Part shown: piece after piece, positions 33,690 through 43,804 of the stretch
Position numbering within the stretch: the stretch's first letter is position 1
Layout: each line of letters opens with the position of its first letter
From: a virus
Taxonomy: Duplodnaviria > Caudoviricetes
Direction: 5' to 3' (one strand)
IMG/VR virus record: IMGVR_UViG_3300043464_000631
Span: 1-62,546 of that record
DNA length: 62,546 nt
Notes under the pieces: generated by a model
Database searches by the model: none
Told to the model about the DNA's origin: nothing
What the model saw: the letters and a program-made list of their open reading frames with translations, nothing else
Translations under genes and position numbers: made by a program

Positions 33690-35588
33690 ATGGTTGACAT
33701 TCGGAAGTCAAAGCTTTTTCCTTTTCAAGTTGATGAAGAAGTAACGCTTCGTAAGCTGTTTGAGGGTATTCTTCAAGAGACGGAGCTGGGGGAGATCAGC
33801 GATGTGTTGATCTCCAACCCGGACAACAACGACGTTCTGGTGTATAACGAAACCCTGATGGTGTGGGAGAATCAACCGCTTCCGCCACAGACCGTCGGGA
33901 ACCTAGACGACATCGGCAATGTTACCATCACATCCGTCCAAGACGGTGATGTTCTTACTTGGGACTCGGGCACTAACCAGTGGGTAAACGAAGCCCCTAC
34001 CGGGGGTGGCGGTACTCCCGGTGGTTCCCCAACCGAACTCCAGTACAACAACGCGGGAGCGTTTGGAGGTATCGCCGGAACGGCGTGGGATGGCACTAAG
34101 CTGACCATCCCCGCCTCTCTTCAAATTGGACCCTCAAGTGCTGGCACTAAGACCGTTGTGGGAACGGATATCCTCACGGTCCAGTACGATCATCCCACGA
34201 ACGCCGGATCGTACTCGAAGCTAGAGATGGGTCGTACCGGATCAACCAACACAGGTTGGAGGTTAGAGGCCGTCGGTGATGGCGGTAGTGATACGGCCGC
34301 TTTCGTTTTTACCAGTGAGAGCACTGCTCCCGAGTTCAACGGGAATGTGATGTGGCATGCGGGTAACTTTGATCCGACTACAAAACAAGACACCCTTGTC
34401 TCTGGCACCAACATTCGGACAGTGAATGGCAACACTTTGCTGGGATCAACCGACCTTGTGATCGCTACAGGGGCTACGACGCTTAATGGGCTAACTGATG
34501 TAACCATCACATCCGTTACCAACGGACAAGTGTTGACTTACGACTCGGGAACGAGTCAATGGATTAATGCCACGCCAAGCGGCGGTGGTGGTCTTACCCA
34601 CTTCACCGAGTCTGTAAACACCAGCGCGCCGAATGCGACGGTGCCGGTTGTACAGTTGCTGGCAAACAACGCAGCCACTAACGTTGACATTGCTGTCAGT
34701 TTCAAAGGCACATCCGGGGCATTCATGCTACAAGTGCCAGACAGCACCACTACGGGTGGCAACAAGCGCGGAGGTCGAGCTAGGGATTTACAAACATCGA
34801 GGTCTGCTGCAACGCAAGTGGCAAGCGGAACAGACTCGGGTATTTTTGCAGGAACAAACAACACTGCAAGCGGAAACGTCTCTGCCGTTCTTTCTGGAGT
34901 TTCAAACACCGCATCTGGCAGTCAAGCTGTCGTATGCGGAGGACAAAGTAATACGGCATCAAACTCTAATAGCGGCGTTTTGGCCGGACTTTCTAACATT
35001 GCATCTGGAAGTCAGTCAGCAATAGTCTGCGGGGTTTCTAATCAAGCCACAGCACTGCGAGCGTTTGTCGGCGGCGGATCAACGAACCTAGCAAGCGGTG
35101 AATCCTCTTGGATTCCTGGAGGAGCTGAGGCGAATACTCGGGGTTTGTTCACAGCATGGGCATGGTCCGGCGCACGCCGTTCTTCGCAGGGCGATAACCA
35201 AGTCATCGGCATTACCGCGCAAAATAGTACCACGAACAACACGCCGCTGGTGCTTACCGCCGACCGCGCAGCAGCTTCCGCGACGAACATCCTGGTAATG
35301 CCAAACAACTCGTGCTGGGCTGGGACAGTGGAAGTCACTGGCCGTCAGGGTGCTAATGTAGTTTACACCCGGATTAGTCTTGTGATGTCTCGTGGAGCAA
35401 ATGCAGCCTCGACCGTGGTTGACGTGCAGAACCCAGACTACACTTTCACTGCCGCTGCGCTGGCTGGCGTCGCCATCACGATTTTGGCCGACACCACACG
35501 CGGCGGACCTGTTGTTCAAGTCACGGGCTTGGCGGCCACTACAATAGACTGGTTTGCAATCTTCCACGGCAACCAAATCGTCAGATAA
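33690..35588 (+). CDS. Tail fibre / receptor-binding protein
   Basis: Three DVTITSVxxGxVLxYDSGTxQWxN-type repeats, WHAGNFDP, KQDTLVSGTNI, 14-aa GxxNxASG repeats. Confidence 0.8.
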   Translation: MVDIRKSKLFPFQVDEEVTLRKLFEGILQETELGEISDVLISNPDNNDVLVYNETLMVWENQPLPPQTVGNLDDIGNVTITSVQDGDVLTWDSGTNQWVNEAPTGGGGTPGGSPTELQYNNAGAFGGIAGTAWDGTKLTIPASLQIGPSSAGTKTVVGTDILTVQYDHPTNAGSYSKLEMGRTGSTNTGWRLEAVGDGGSDTAAFVFTSESTAPEFNGNVMWHAGNFDPTTKQDTLVSGTNIRTVNGNTLLGSTDLVIATGATTLNGLTDVTITSVTNGQVLTYDSGTSQWINATPSGGGGLTHFTESVNTSAPNATVPVVQLLANNAATNVDIAVSFKGTSGAFMLQVPDSTTTGGNKRGGRARDLQTSRSAATQVASGTDSGIFAGTNNTASGNVSAVLSGVSNTASGSQAVVCGGQSNTASNSNSGVLAGLSNIASGSQSAIVCGVSNQATALRAFVGGGSTNLASGESSWIPGGAEANTRGLFTAWAWSGARRSSQGDNQVIGITAQNSTTNNTPLVLTADRAAASATNILVMPNNSCWAGTVEVTGRQGANVVYTRISLVMSRGANAASTVVDVQNPDYTFTAAALAGVAITILADTTRGGPVVQVTGLAATTIDWFAIFHGNQIVR

Positions 35589-35610
35589 CACACGAACAAG
35601 AGGTTCATAG

Positions 35611-36351
35611 ATGACCAACCCAAACCACAGCATGCGAATCTCGGGACAAGGACTTGCCCTGATTAAACAGTGGGAAGGTTTTGTCGAAGAGACGTACATT
35701 GATCTGGCCGGTAAGCCTACGATTGGCTGGGGTATTACCGATCCAAGGTACGCCTTCCCCGGTAACAAGATTACCCGAGAGCAAGCTCATGAGCTGCTCG
35801 TCCAGCATGTTGCTCAGGACGAGATCGTTTGTCGGAACCTCATCCGGGTGAAGTTGTCCCAGCCCCAATGGGATGCGGTTATCTCCTTGTGCTATAATAT
35901 CGGTACAGGAGCTTTCCGTAATTCAACTCTGCTTGAGAAGCTCAACCAATCCGATTTCACCGGGGCTTATGCTGAGTTTCCGAAGTGGAGAAAATCTGGC
36001 GGAAAAGTGGTCCAAGGGTTGATTAACCGGCGAAAAGAGGAAGCTGACCTGTTCCTTTCAGGAACTACGTTTACACGGGAGAACTCAGTCGATGCCGAAG
36101 AATTGGTCACGGACAAGCCTACCGGCCCCTCCTCCAACTTGGTCCCCGACCCCACGCCCAATACCGAGCAAAGCAACAAAAAGGCAGGAGCAGCCCTCAC
36201 AGCCGGTGGTGCAGCCCTTACCCAAGCCGCTCAACTCGAAGCGGTAAAGGAGGGACTCGCGCCTGTGGCGCATCTAAATGAATGGTTGTCTTTGCTTTTC
36301 GTTGGCGTTACTCTTCTTGGTATTTACTTCATGCTTAAGAAGAGCGACTAG
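35611..36351 (+). CDS. Endolysin, GH24 lysozyme with C-terminal hydrophobic segments
   Basis: WEG..YIDLAGKPTIGWG (E-8-D-5-T triad), YNIG, GLINRRKEE. Confidence 0.9.
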   Translation: MTNPNHSMRISGQGLALIKQWEGFVEETYIDLAGKPTIGWGITDPRYAFPGNKITREQAHELLVQHVAQDEIVCRNLIRVKLSQPQWDAVISLCYNIGTGAFRNSTLLEKLNQSDFTGAYAEFPKWRKSGGKVVQGLINRRKEEADLFLSGTTFTRENSVDAEELVTDKPTGPSSNLVPDPTPNTEQSNKKAGAALTAGGAALTQAAQLEAVKEGLAPVAHLNEWLSLLFVGVTLLGIYFMLKKSD

Positions 36352-36477
36352 TAGAAAGTAGTACCCGCAAAGGAGGTGATCCGTATCTTTTGGTCGTTCA
36401 CCTTGAGCAAGTGCCCGGTCAAATAAAGCACCTTACCGCTCAACCCCATCAACCGTGACTAGGAGCTACACAAGCGT

Positions 36478-36882
36478 ATGGCGAAGTCAAAGAAGTCAAG
36501 TCCTACTGTGGATATTTCTGGTGTGTGGTACAATCCCGAGAAGTCGGGGTACGGTGTGTTCATCAACAACTTCGGTGAGGAGACTCACTCGGTTGCCATC
36601 TATTCGTTCAACGAACGTGGTGAGCAAGTTTGGTTGGTTGGTGCAAGCAACCGTAGCGAATTGACGTTCCTTCTCAACCAGCCGAAGGCTAGTGGGTTTA
36701 TGGACTCGATTCGTAACAAGGTGGATGTTGAAGCGGGCTCGATTGAGTTTAATCGACGACCGGATGGTGCTCTGGAGTTCAAGGCTGTGGTTAAGAGTGA
36801 GGTGGTGTACCCTCTTCCCCAGTTTAGTCCGCCGCCTCCGGCGATCCTTACCTATGAGGGTGTGTTGGTTAAGCTGGGTTGA
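36478..36882 (+). CDS. Hypothetical protein with SGxWYNPxxSGxG domain
   Basis: ISGVWYNPEKSGYGVFI...YSFNERGEQVWLVG; AGGAG RBS. Confidence 0.7.
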   Translation: MAKSKKSSPTVDISGVWYNPEKSGYGVFINNFGEETHSVAIYSFNERGEQVWLVGASNRSELTFLLNQPKASGFMDSIRNKVDVEAGSIEFNRRPDGALEFKAVVKSEVVYPLPQFSPPPPAILTYEGVLVKLG

Positions 36883-36952
36883 TGTTTATCGCCGGGGCCG
36901 GGGGCTAACAACCCTCGGCCTTTCGGCCGTTTCCTCGATAAGGAGATCAGGT

Positions 36953-37357
36953 GTGGCTAAGGAGTTTACAGCCAAGGAGGTCATTGACCTCTACAAGCAA
37001 GGCTACACGAATGTGGAAGTAGCCGAACATCTAGAAATGACCAAGCGACAGTTCGCTCAGTTGTGTCAAACAAACCCTGCGTTCCGAGAACTCGTTGAGC
37101 GCGGTAATGACATCGCTGAGTCGTGGAACATGCGCCAAGGTCGAATGAACCTAGAGAACAAAGATTTCAACACCACGCTGTACAAAGCCCGTATGGGTCA
37201 TCTGTACGGATGGGCTGATAAGATCGACCAGAATACCAAGCAACTATCGGTTAGTGCCGAGGTTTCCAAGGAAGAACTCATCAAACGTATTCAAGCGTAC
37301 ATGCCTGAGCTTCTCCCGAAGGCTATTGAAGGGGAGGTTGTGAAGGATGACGAGTAA
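36953..37357 (+). CDS. terS: Terminase small subunit
   Basis: AAGGAG RBS before GTG; N-terminal HTH; FNTTLY...GWADK; directly before TerL. Confidence 0.75.
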   Translation: MAKEFTAKEVIDLYKQGYTNVEVAEHLEMTKRQFAQLCQTNPAFRELVERGNDIAESWNMRQGRMNLENKDFNTTLYKARMGHLYGWADKIDQNTKQLSVSAEVSKEELIKRIQAYMPELLPKAIEGEVVKDDE

Positions 37358-38960
37358 GCTGGGGTTTGATGACACGATGGTGTTCAAGGTTGATAGCGTT
37401 GACCTTGATAAGCCGATTCAATTGGACGTTGATGACGATACTCAACACCTGATTGAGTTGCTGGAAACGCTGGAAGCGAAAAAGGAAGCTGAGAAGCTGA
37501 GTGGCTGGGTGAGGTGGTTTATCCCCGGTACTCCGTACGGTATTGAGAATCTCCCAAAACACTACGCCTTTTTCTCGGCTAGCAGGGACTATCAAGAAAC
37601 GTATTTCTCTGCGGCGAATCGTTGCGGCAAGACCATTGCCGGAGCTTTCCAGACCGCTTGCCATCTTCTCGGGGAATACCCGGATTGGTGGCCTGGACGT
37701 AAGTTCGATAAGCCCACCGATGGTTGGGCTGTAGGCGATAACAAGGAAACCTGCCGAGACATCGTGCAGAAAGAGTTGCTTGGCGACATCGGTAAGATGG
37801 GCACCGGGATGATTCCCGCTGACCGGATTGAGAAGGTTGTGTACCGACCGAACTCAGGTGGCGCAGTTGACTACGTTCTGGTCAAGCATGTATCTGGTGG
37901 CACAAGTCGCCTTGGTTTTAAATCCTCAGAGCAGGGTATTGTTTCGTTCTACGGAACACAGAAAGACTTTGTGTGGATGGATGAGCTGCCTCCGGCTGAT
38001 ATTTACTCCGAGGCATACCTTCGTACGATGACCACCAACGGTATCTTGTACGTCACTGCTACTCCTCTGGCTGGTCTAACCCCTCTCGTCCTTTCTTTCT
38101 ACAACAACGCTGACTTCCTTCCCCGTGGTTCTGAGATTCCGGGTATTGTAAAGCTATCCCGAGAGGATGCTGAGGAACAAGCCAAGGAACGACTGCGAAA
38201 AGGTGAGATCGACTCCATCGAAAAGACGGAGGGAACCTCTAAGGCAGTCATCATCGCAGGCTGGGATGATGCTAAATGGCTCACTGAAGACGCCAAGAAG
38301 CGTATGTTGGACGCCACTCCTCCCCATTTAAAGGAATCTCGTTCTAAGGGTCTACCTTCTATGGGCTCAGGTACGATCTACACCATCCCGCTTGAAGAAA
38401 TCCTCGTCAAAGACTTCGATATTCCGAAGCACTGGAAGAAAATTGCTGGTATGGACGTGGGTTGGAACAACACCGCCTGCATTTGGTTGGCTGAGAACCC
38501 CGATACCAAGGAAGTGTTTGTCATTTCCGAGTACAAACGAGGCCAAGCAGAGCCAATTGTCCACGCAACTGCGGTCAAAGGACGTGGTGACTGGATTCCA
38601 GTTGCAATCGACCCAGCTTCCCGAGGAAGATCGCAGGTAGACGGCAAGCAACTGTTCAACATGTACCGAGACATGGGTGTAAAACTGTTTCCCGCTGACA
38701 ACGCAGTGGAGGCAGGTATCTACACAATGCAAGAAATGCTGGCTACAGGCCGATTGAAGTTCTTCCGAAGCCTTTCCGAGCTTTCCAAAGAGTACGTGGT
38801 TTATCGAAGGGACCAAAAAGGCCGTATTATCAAGGAAAACGACCATCTTTTGGACGCCTTGAGGTACGCCGTTATGGGCCTTAAACACGCCAAACAACCC
38901 CCAATTTCCCGCCAAGGAGGGCAATCATTAAATGGATCAGGCCGCAAGTATGACATCTAG
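37347..38960 (+). CDS. terL: Terminase large subunit
   Basis: Walker A AANRCGKT, Walker B VWMDE, TATP, nuclease GMDVG and DHLLDALRY. Confidence 0.95.
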   Translation: MTSKLGFDDTMVFKVDSVDLDKPIQLDVDDDTQHLIELLETLEAKKEAEKLSGWVRWFIPGTPYGIENLPKHYAFFSASRDYQETYFSAANRCGKTIAGAFQTACHLLGEYPDWWPGRKFDKPTDGWAVGDNKETCRDIVQKELLGDIGKMGTGMIPADRIEKVVYRPNSGGAVDYVLVKHVSGGTSRLGFKSSEQGIVSFYGTQKDFVWMDELPPADIYSEAYLRTMTTNGILYVTATPLAGLTPLVLSFYNNADFLPRGSEIPGIVKLSREDAEEQAKERLRKGEIDSIEKTEGTSKAVIIAGWDDAKWLTEDAKKRMLDATPPHLKESRSKGLPSMGSGTIYTIPLEEILVKDFDIPKHWKKIAGMDVGWNNTACIWLAENPDTKEVFVISEYKRGQAEPIVHATAVKGRGDWIPVAIDPASRGRSQVDGKQLFNMYRDMGVKLFPADNAVEAGIYTMQEMLATGRLKFFRSLSELSKEYVVYRRDQKGRIIKENDHLLDALRYAVMGLKHAKQPPISRQGGQSLNGSGRKYDI

Positions 38961-41187
38961 GGAAGCCCCCGTAGATGCAGTCATCGTTGCCGAGATCGAA
39001 CTTAGCCCCGAAGAAATGATGCGGATTCAAGAGGAAGCGGAAGCCATCGATAACCAACGCCGTCAGCTACTTGACGGGTTGGCTCACTCTATCGAAGAGA
39101 AATGGCGACTCGCTTCCTCCGACCGTAACACAAAAGAAGAAGAGTGGCGACGAGGAACACGCCTACTCCTAGGGAACAAGAGTTCGAATCGCGGTAATAC
39201 TATCGACTCACACACGCAAGGGGTCAACCGGGTTCGGCCGGATCACAACCTTGTGTCAGAAAAGTGCAAGATTGCCGAGGCTCAGATTTGGTCTCAGCAG
39301 TTCTCCGGGGGAGACAAGAACTGGGATATCAAACCTAGTCCCCGGCCTGACGTAGACCCCGCTCTCGCGGCGAATGCATCCCGAGCCCTTGAGCAAGAAA
39401 TCTACGATCAACTGAGCGCTACCAAGTACGGACCCAAAGCCCGTCAAGCGATCTCCGATATGGTTCGTCTTGGCACGGGTGTCCTCAAAGGTCCAGTCCC
39501 CAGCCTCAAGCCCAAGCGTGTGTATCAATCCACGCAAGCGCCTGATGGTTCTCTCGTAGCAATTCCCGTGTACGAGACGATTCCCGCTCCCGAAGTCTAC
39601 CGTGTTGATCCGTGGATGTTCTACCCGGATACGACGGTCAATGATATTTGTGATGCAGAGTGGGCTATCGAAATCCATCCGATGTCCAAGACTCAGTTCG
39701 CCAAGCTGGCTACGTCCGAGGGTTTCTTCGACGACGCTATCCGTGATTTGTTGAAGAACGGACCGGATGAGTACAACGCTGAGTTCTTTGCGGATGTGCG
39801 TGCTCAGACCGATTCGGGTGAGAACTACCTCAAGCACAAGTACGTCGTCATCGAGTACAACGGACCTATCTCGGTTGAGCAAGCCAACGCACTTGGCCTG
39901 CAACCCACCTACGACAGCCTTGGTAACTCTTACATGGGCGAGGTGTGGGTGTGTAACGGTCGGGTTATCCGAGCTTCTCTGGAGGCCATTGAAGGAGCTT
40001 ACGAGTTACCCTACATGGCTTGTGTGTGGGAGAAAGACCCGAACAGTCCGTTTGGGTTCGGTCTTCCCATCGAGATGGAGGATAGCCAGCGTATCCACAC
40101 GTCTACTCTGCACATGATACTTGATAATGCAAGTATCTCGTCGGGTCCGATCATCATCGTTAACAAGGACTACGTTGAGCCGCAAGGCGGTGACTGGACC
40201 CTCCGCCCACACATGATCCTTAACGTGACGGACTCGACCTTGCAAGATGTCTCGCAAGTGTTCAAGGAGTTTGTCCCGGCTAACGTTACGCCTTCTCTGA
40301 TGCCTCTTCTCCAGCTTGCTCAGCAATGGGCACAAGAAGAGTCGGGTATCAACCTGATTGCAGGCGGGATGGGCGGTGCTCAGGTAGGTGGTGACTCAGC
40401 CACTGGTATGGCGATTCTCCAGCAAGCAGCCACGATTGTCACCGATATGAAGGCTGAAAGCTGGGATGACTACATCACCCAGAAGCTGATTGATCGTATG
40501 TACCACTGGAATATTCAGTACAACCTGCGGCCTGAGTTCGCTAACTTCGACTTCGAGGTGGATGTTCGTAGTTCTACCGAACTGCGCAACAAGCAAATCC
40601 AGATTGCCAACCTTGAGAAGTTGTCGGTTGAAGCGGCCCAGAACCCGGAGCTGGCTGACCACGTTGACCAGAGTAGCATGACCCGCGCTCGCCTTACGAT
40701 GATGCGTCTACCTGAGATGGGGATCATTCGTACCCCTGAGCAAGTGGAGCAGATTCGTCAAGAGCGTGCTCAACAGCCTCAGCCTCCCGATCCGAACCAA
40801 GTTAAGCTGGAAATTGAGCGTAGTCGTGTTGAAATGGAACGAGAGCGTCTGGCATTCGAGCGAGAGAAGTTCCAGTTCGAGTCTACCAAACAACTCCAGC
40901 AACTTCGCTTGGAGGAGATGGTTAACCTTGAGCAGATTGAGGCTCGTAAGTTTGATGCTCAAAGCCGGGTGCTTCAAGTCCAGACTGAGCGTGAGATCGC
41001 TGTGCTTCAGCTTGCGGCCCGTAGTGAAGCAGACCGAGCCAAGGTCATTGCCCAGCTTGAGAAACAGAACATGGCGGATGAAACCGAGCGGTTCCTTGCT
41101 GGTATCTCGGCCGCTGAAGGTGCTTCGGAACGAGCACTTATGCGCGAGGAAATGCAACTCAAGGCTAAAACAGGATCGGGTGTCTAA
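38932..41187 (+). CDS. Portal protein with long coiled-coil tail
   Basis: Follows TerL; LGTGVLK, VDPWMFYPD, FGFGL; 751 aa. Confidence 0.88.
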   Translation: MDQAASMTSREAPVDAVIVAEIELSPEEMMRIQEEAEAIDNQRRQLLDGLAHSIEEKWRLASSDRNTKEEEWRRGTRLLLGNKSSNRGNTIDSHTQGVNRVRPDHNLVSEKCKIAEAQIWSQQFSGGDKNWDIKPSPRPDVDPALAANASRALEQEIYDQLSATKYGPKARQAISDMVRLGTGVLKGPVPSLKPKRVYQSTQAPDGSLVAIPVYETIPAPEVYRVDPWMFYPDTTVNDICDAEWAIEIHPMSKTQFAKLATSEGFFDDAIRDLLKNGPDEYNAEFFADVRAQTDSGENYLKHKYVVIEYNGPISVEQANALGLQPTYDSLGNSYMGEVWVCNGRVIRASLEAIEGAYELPYMACVWEKDPNSPFGFGLPIEMEDSQRIHTSTLHMILDNASISSGPIIIVNKDYVEPQGGDWTLRPHMILNVTDSTLQDVSQVFKEFVPANVTPSLMPLLQLAQQWAQEESGINLIAGGMGGAQVGGDSATGMAILQQAATIVTDMKAESWDDYITQKLIDRMYHWNIQYNLRPEFANFDFEVDVRSSTELRNKQIQIANLEKLSVEAAQNPELADHVDQSSMTRARLTMMRLPEMGIIRTPEQVEQIRQERAQQPQPPDPNQVKLEIERSRVEMERERLAFEREKFQFESTKQLQQLRLEEMVNLEQIEARKFDAQSRVLQVQTEREIAVLQLAARSEADRAKVIAQLEKQNMADETERFLAGISAAEGASERALMREEMQLKAKTGSGV

Positions 41188-41387
41188 TGGCAAAAGAGGT
41201 GGATGGTCATTACGTTGACCCTGATAGCGGAACCTTCCGGTGGATCAAAAAGCTACTGGAAGAACATGAGCAGCAAGTGGTAAACGCCGTCCTTCGGGAC
41301 GGCGACCAGTCTTACACCGACAAGTTACGAGGGCGGTGGGACGAGATTAGCAAGCTCAAGAAAGCTCTTGAGAAGGCTTACAACTAA
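41187..41387 (+). CDS. Small conserved post-portal protein
   Basis: TAATG coupling; TDKLRGRW. Confidence 0.65.
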   Translation: MAKEVDGHYVDPDSGTFRWIKKLLEEHEQQVVNAVLRDGDQSYTDKLRGRWDEISKLKKALEKAYN

Positions 41388-41447
41388 CCCCCTCGTAACC
41401 GTCCAAGCCGCCCATTCGGGCCGCTAATAAAAAGGATCACAAGAAAC

Positions 41448-42713
41448 ATGAGCGACACTATTGACAATCAGACTGAACAACAGTACAATCAGTCCCAATC
41501 ACCGGACACTCCCGCAGCGGAGCTTTCCCGTGAAGAACTTCAGAATCAGCTTGCTGAAAAGTACGAGCAGGTTCTCCTTTCAAACAACCTTGAAGAGATT
41601 GCCAAGGTTGAAGAAGAGTTGCAGAAGTTCCTCGGTGGTGGTGGTGGGGTTGAAAGTAGCGTAAAGGTAGATGAGCCGGAGGTTCCTCCCGCGAACACCG
41701 AAGCGAACCAATCCACGACGGTTCCAGCGGAAGGCGGCACAAGCGCCAAGGAAGGCGCAACTTCCCAAAGTGAACCGAGTAACCCGAACGAGGACTGGCT
41801 CCACTCCCTTGACCCGTCTGTTCGTAAGATTGTCGAAGAGCGGCTCGAACAAGAGCGTAAAGCTCGCGAGTACCACGAGCAGCGGTATCGTTCTGAGATT
41901 GGTCGTCAGACCGCTTTCCAGAAGAAGTACGAAGAAGAGCGCAAACAGCGCGAACAACTTGAACAACGACTCCGCGATGGAGCGGTTAGCCAGCCGTCGA
42001 ACCCGACCGCTACTCCAGCTAACACGCAGACCGCGAACGCTCGTAAGATTCAAGAGCTAACCGATAAGATCGCACGAGTCAAGGGGACTGACCCCGAGCT
42101 AGCCGATCTTCTCGAACTGACCCGAGATGCTCTTGTCGAAACCCAGCAGCAGTTGCTTGCTGCGGTTCCGCAGGTAGACCTCTCGACTGTGGAAGAACTG
42201 AAAGCCAAGATCGCCAAGCAAGAGTTCGAGATGGTGGTTAACTCCGAACGCAATCGCTTGGAGCAGATGGTCCCCGGTGCACTTCAAGTTCTTGACTACG
42301 TTGATCCCAAGACGGGTTGGAGTCCGTGGAATGAGTTCTTGAACTCTCTCCCGCCAACCCTTCAACAGGCAGCCAACGACGCTAACGCTGATACCTACGC
42401 TTATCTGATGCCGTTGTACGGCCAGTGGGCGGAACGGTACAACGCAGCCCACGGTTACGTCCAACAACAGCAGTCCTCCACCCAGCAGCCCAACACCCCC
42501 GAGGTTGATCCTCGTGCGGCTCAAGTCCAGCAGGCCCGGCAGGCGCGCTTGACTACGAGTGCTGCTGCCCCGGCTCGAAGTGCGCCACCCCCCGGCCACA
42601 AGCCGTCGCTCGAAGAGCGGATTAAGAATCCACCTCCTCCGGGCACCCCTGAGTTTGATTCGTTTCTCGAAGAGATGGATCGAGCCATTGCTCAGGGTAA
42701 GTTGAAACTCTAA
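41448..42713 (+). CDS. Capsid scaffolding protein
   Basis: Acidic coiled-coil protein between portal and capsid. Confidence 0.75.
   Translation: MSDTIDNQTEQQYNQSQSPDTPAAELSREELQNQLAEKYEQVLLSNNLEEIAKVEEELQKFLGGGGGVESSVKVDEPEVPPANTEANQSTTVPAEGGTSAKEGATSQSEPSNPNEDWLHSLDPSVRKIVEERLEQERKAREYHEQRYRSEIGRQTAFQKKYEEERKQREQLEQRLRDGAVSQPSNPTATPANTQTANARKIQELTDKIARVKGTDPELADLLELTRDALVETQQQLLAAVPQVDLSTVEELKAKIAKQEFEMVVNSERNRLEQMVPGALQVLDYVDPKTGWSPWNEFLNSLPPTLQQAANDANADTYAYLMPLYGQWAERYNAAHGYVQQQQSSTQQPNTPEVDPRAAQVQQARQARLTTSAAAPARSAPPPGHKPSLEERIKNPPPPGTPEFDSFLEEMDRAIAQGKLKL
41461..41489 (+). promoter_or_regulatory. Intragenic sigma70-type promoter inside the scaffold gene
   Basis: TTGACA-17 bp-TACAAT; shares GAACAACAGTACAATC with the 33391 promoter. 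Confidence 0.65.
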
Positions 42714-42747
42714 TCGAAATCCCATCTATCAAGGAGGATAGACACTA

Positions 42748-43770
42748 ATGTCTTACAATCAAGGTTTTCTGGCCTACGATAGCGCCAGTATCACCCAGCG
42801 CGTTGCTATTTACGCTGTTCCGAACGCTCTTGTCAACGCTGAACCGTGGCTGGTGCTGGACAAGCTGCCCGGTATTACTCGTACCCCGCTGCCTGCCAAC
42901 AAGTCGGACACGCTTGTGTGGAAGCGTATGCGTGAGATCGAGGTTGACACCAACAGTCTGGTTGAGGGTGTGACCCCGGCTGCTGAGAACTTCCAGCAGG
43001 AGACTGTGACCGATAAGGTCGATCAGTACGGTAAGATCATCCGCGTTACCGACAAGATGTACAACTTCCATTCGGACGTTGGCTTCAAGGAGATCGGTGC
43101 AGAACTCGGCAAGGCGATGGGTACTACGAAGGAACTCATCAACTGGCAGACCATTCGCGGTGGTTCGCAGGTCATCTATACCGGCTCCGCTACTTCGCGT
43201 AACACTGTCAACGACACCGTCCAGCTAGAGCACGTTCGTACTGCTACCAACGTGCTGCGTAACAACCACGGCAAGTACATGACCTCAATGATCCGCGCTG
43301 GTACGGGTCAGGCCACGGAGCCGGTGCAGGCTGGTTACATCGCCGTCACCCACTCCGACATGGACGCTGATCTGCGCGATCTGGACAAGTTCATCGAGAG
43401 CCAGCGTTACGGTTCGGGCACGCTCCTGAACGAGTACGAGATCGGTGCTTGCGAAGGCATCCGCTTCTGCCTCACTCCGCACCTTGAGCCGTTCTGGGGT
43501 TCGGGTAATCCGACCTTCACGGGTGTTCGCTCGCGTGACGGCGCTGCTGCCGACGTGTACCCGATTGTTGTGATGGCCGAGAACTTCTGGGGCACTACGG
43601 AGTTCAAGACCCGCAACTCGTTCAAGCTGGACGTGAATCCTCCGGGCTCCATCAAGAGCGAAACCGACCCGCTGGGTCAGCGTGGCTTTGCGTCGTACGT
43701 GTTCTGGTACTGCGCTACCCGCCTGAACGAGCGCTGGGGTGTCCGCATTGAGTCGGCGGCTACTGAATAA
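42748..43770 (+). CDS. Major capsid protein (N4 gp56-like family)
   Basis: PLPANKSDT, LVEGVTP, QYG, YEIG, DPLGQRG; strong codon bias, AAGGAGG RBS. Confidence 0.92.
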   Translation: MSYNQGFLAYDSASITQRVAIYAVPNALVNAEPWLVLDKLPGITRTPLPANKSDTLVWKRMREIEVDTNSLVEGVTPAAENFQQETVTDKVDQYGKIIRVTDKMYNFHSDVGFKEIGAELGKAMGTTKELINWQTIRGGSQVIYTGSATSRNTVNDTVQLEHVRTATNVLRNNHGKYMTSMIRAGTGQATEPVQAGYIAVTHSDMDADLRDLDKFIESQRYGSGTLLNEYEIGACEGIRFCLTPHLEPFWGSGNPTFTGVRSRDGAAADVYPIVVMAENFWGTTEFKTRNSFKLDVNPPGSIKSETDPLGQRGFASYVFWYCATRLNERWGVRIESAATE

Positions 43771-43804
43771 TCCAACCGACCAATAACTAAGGAGGACATA
43801 CAAA

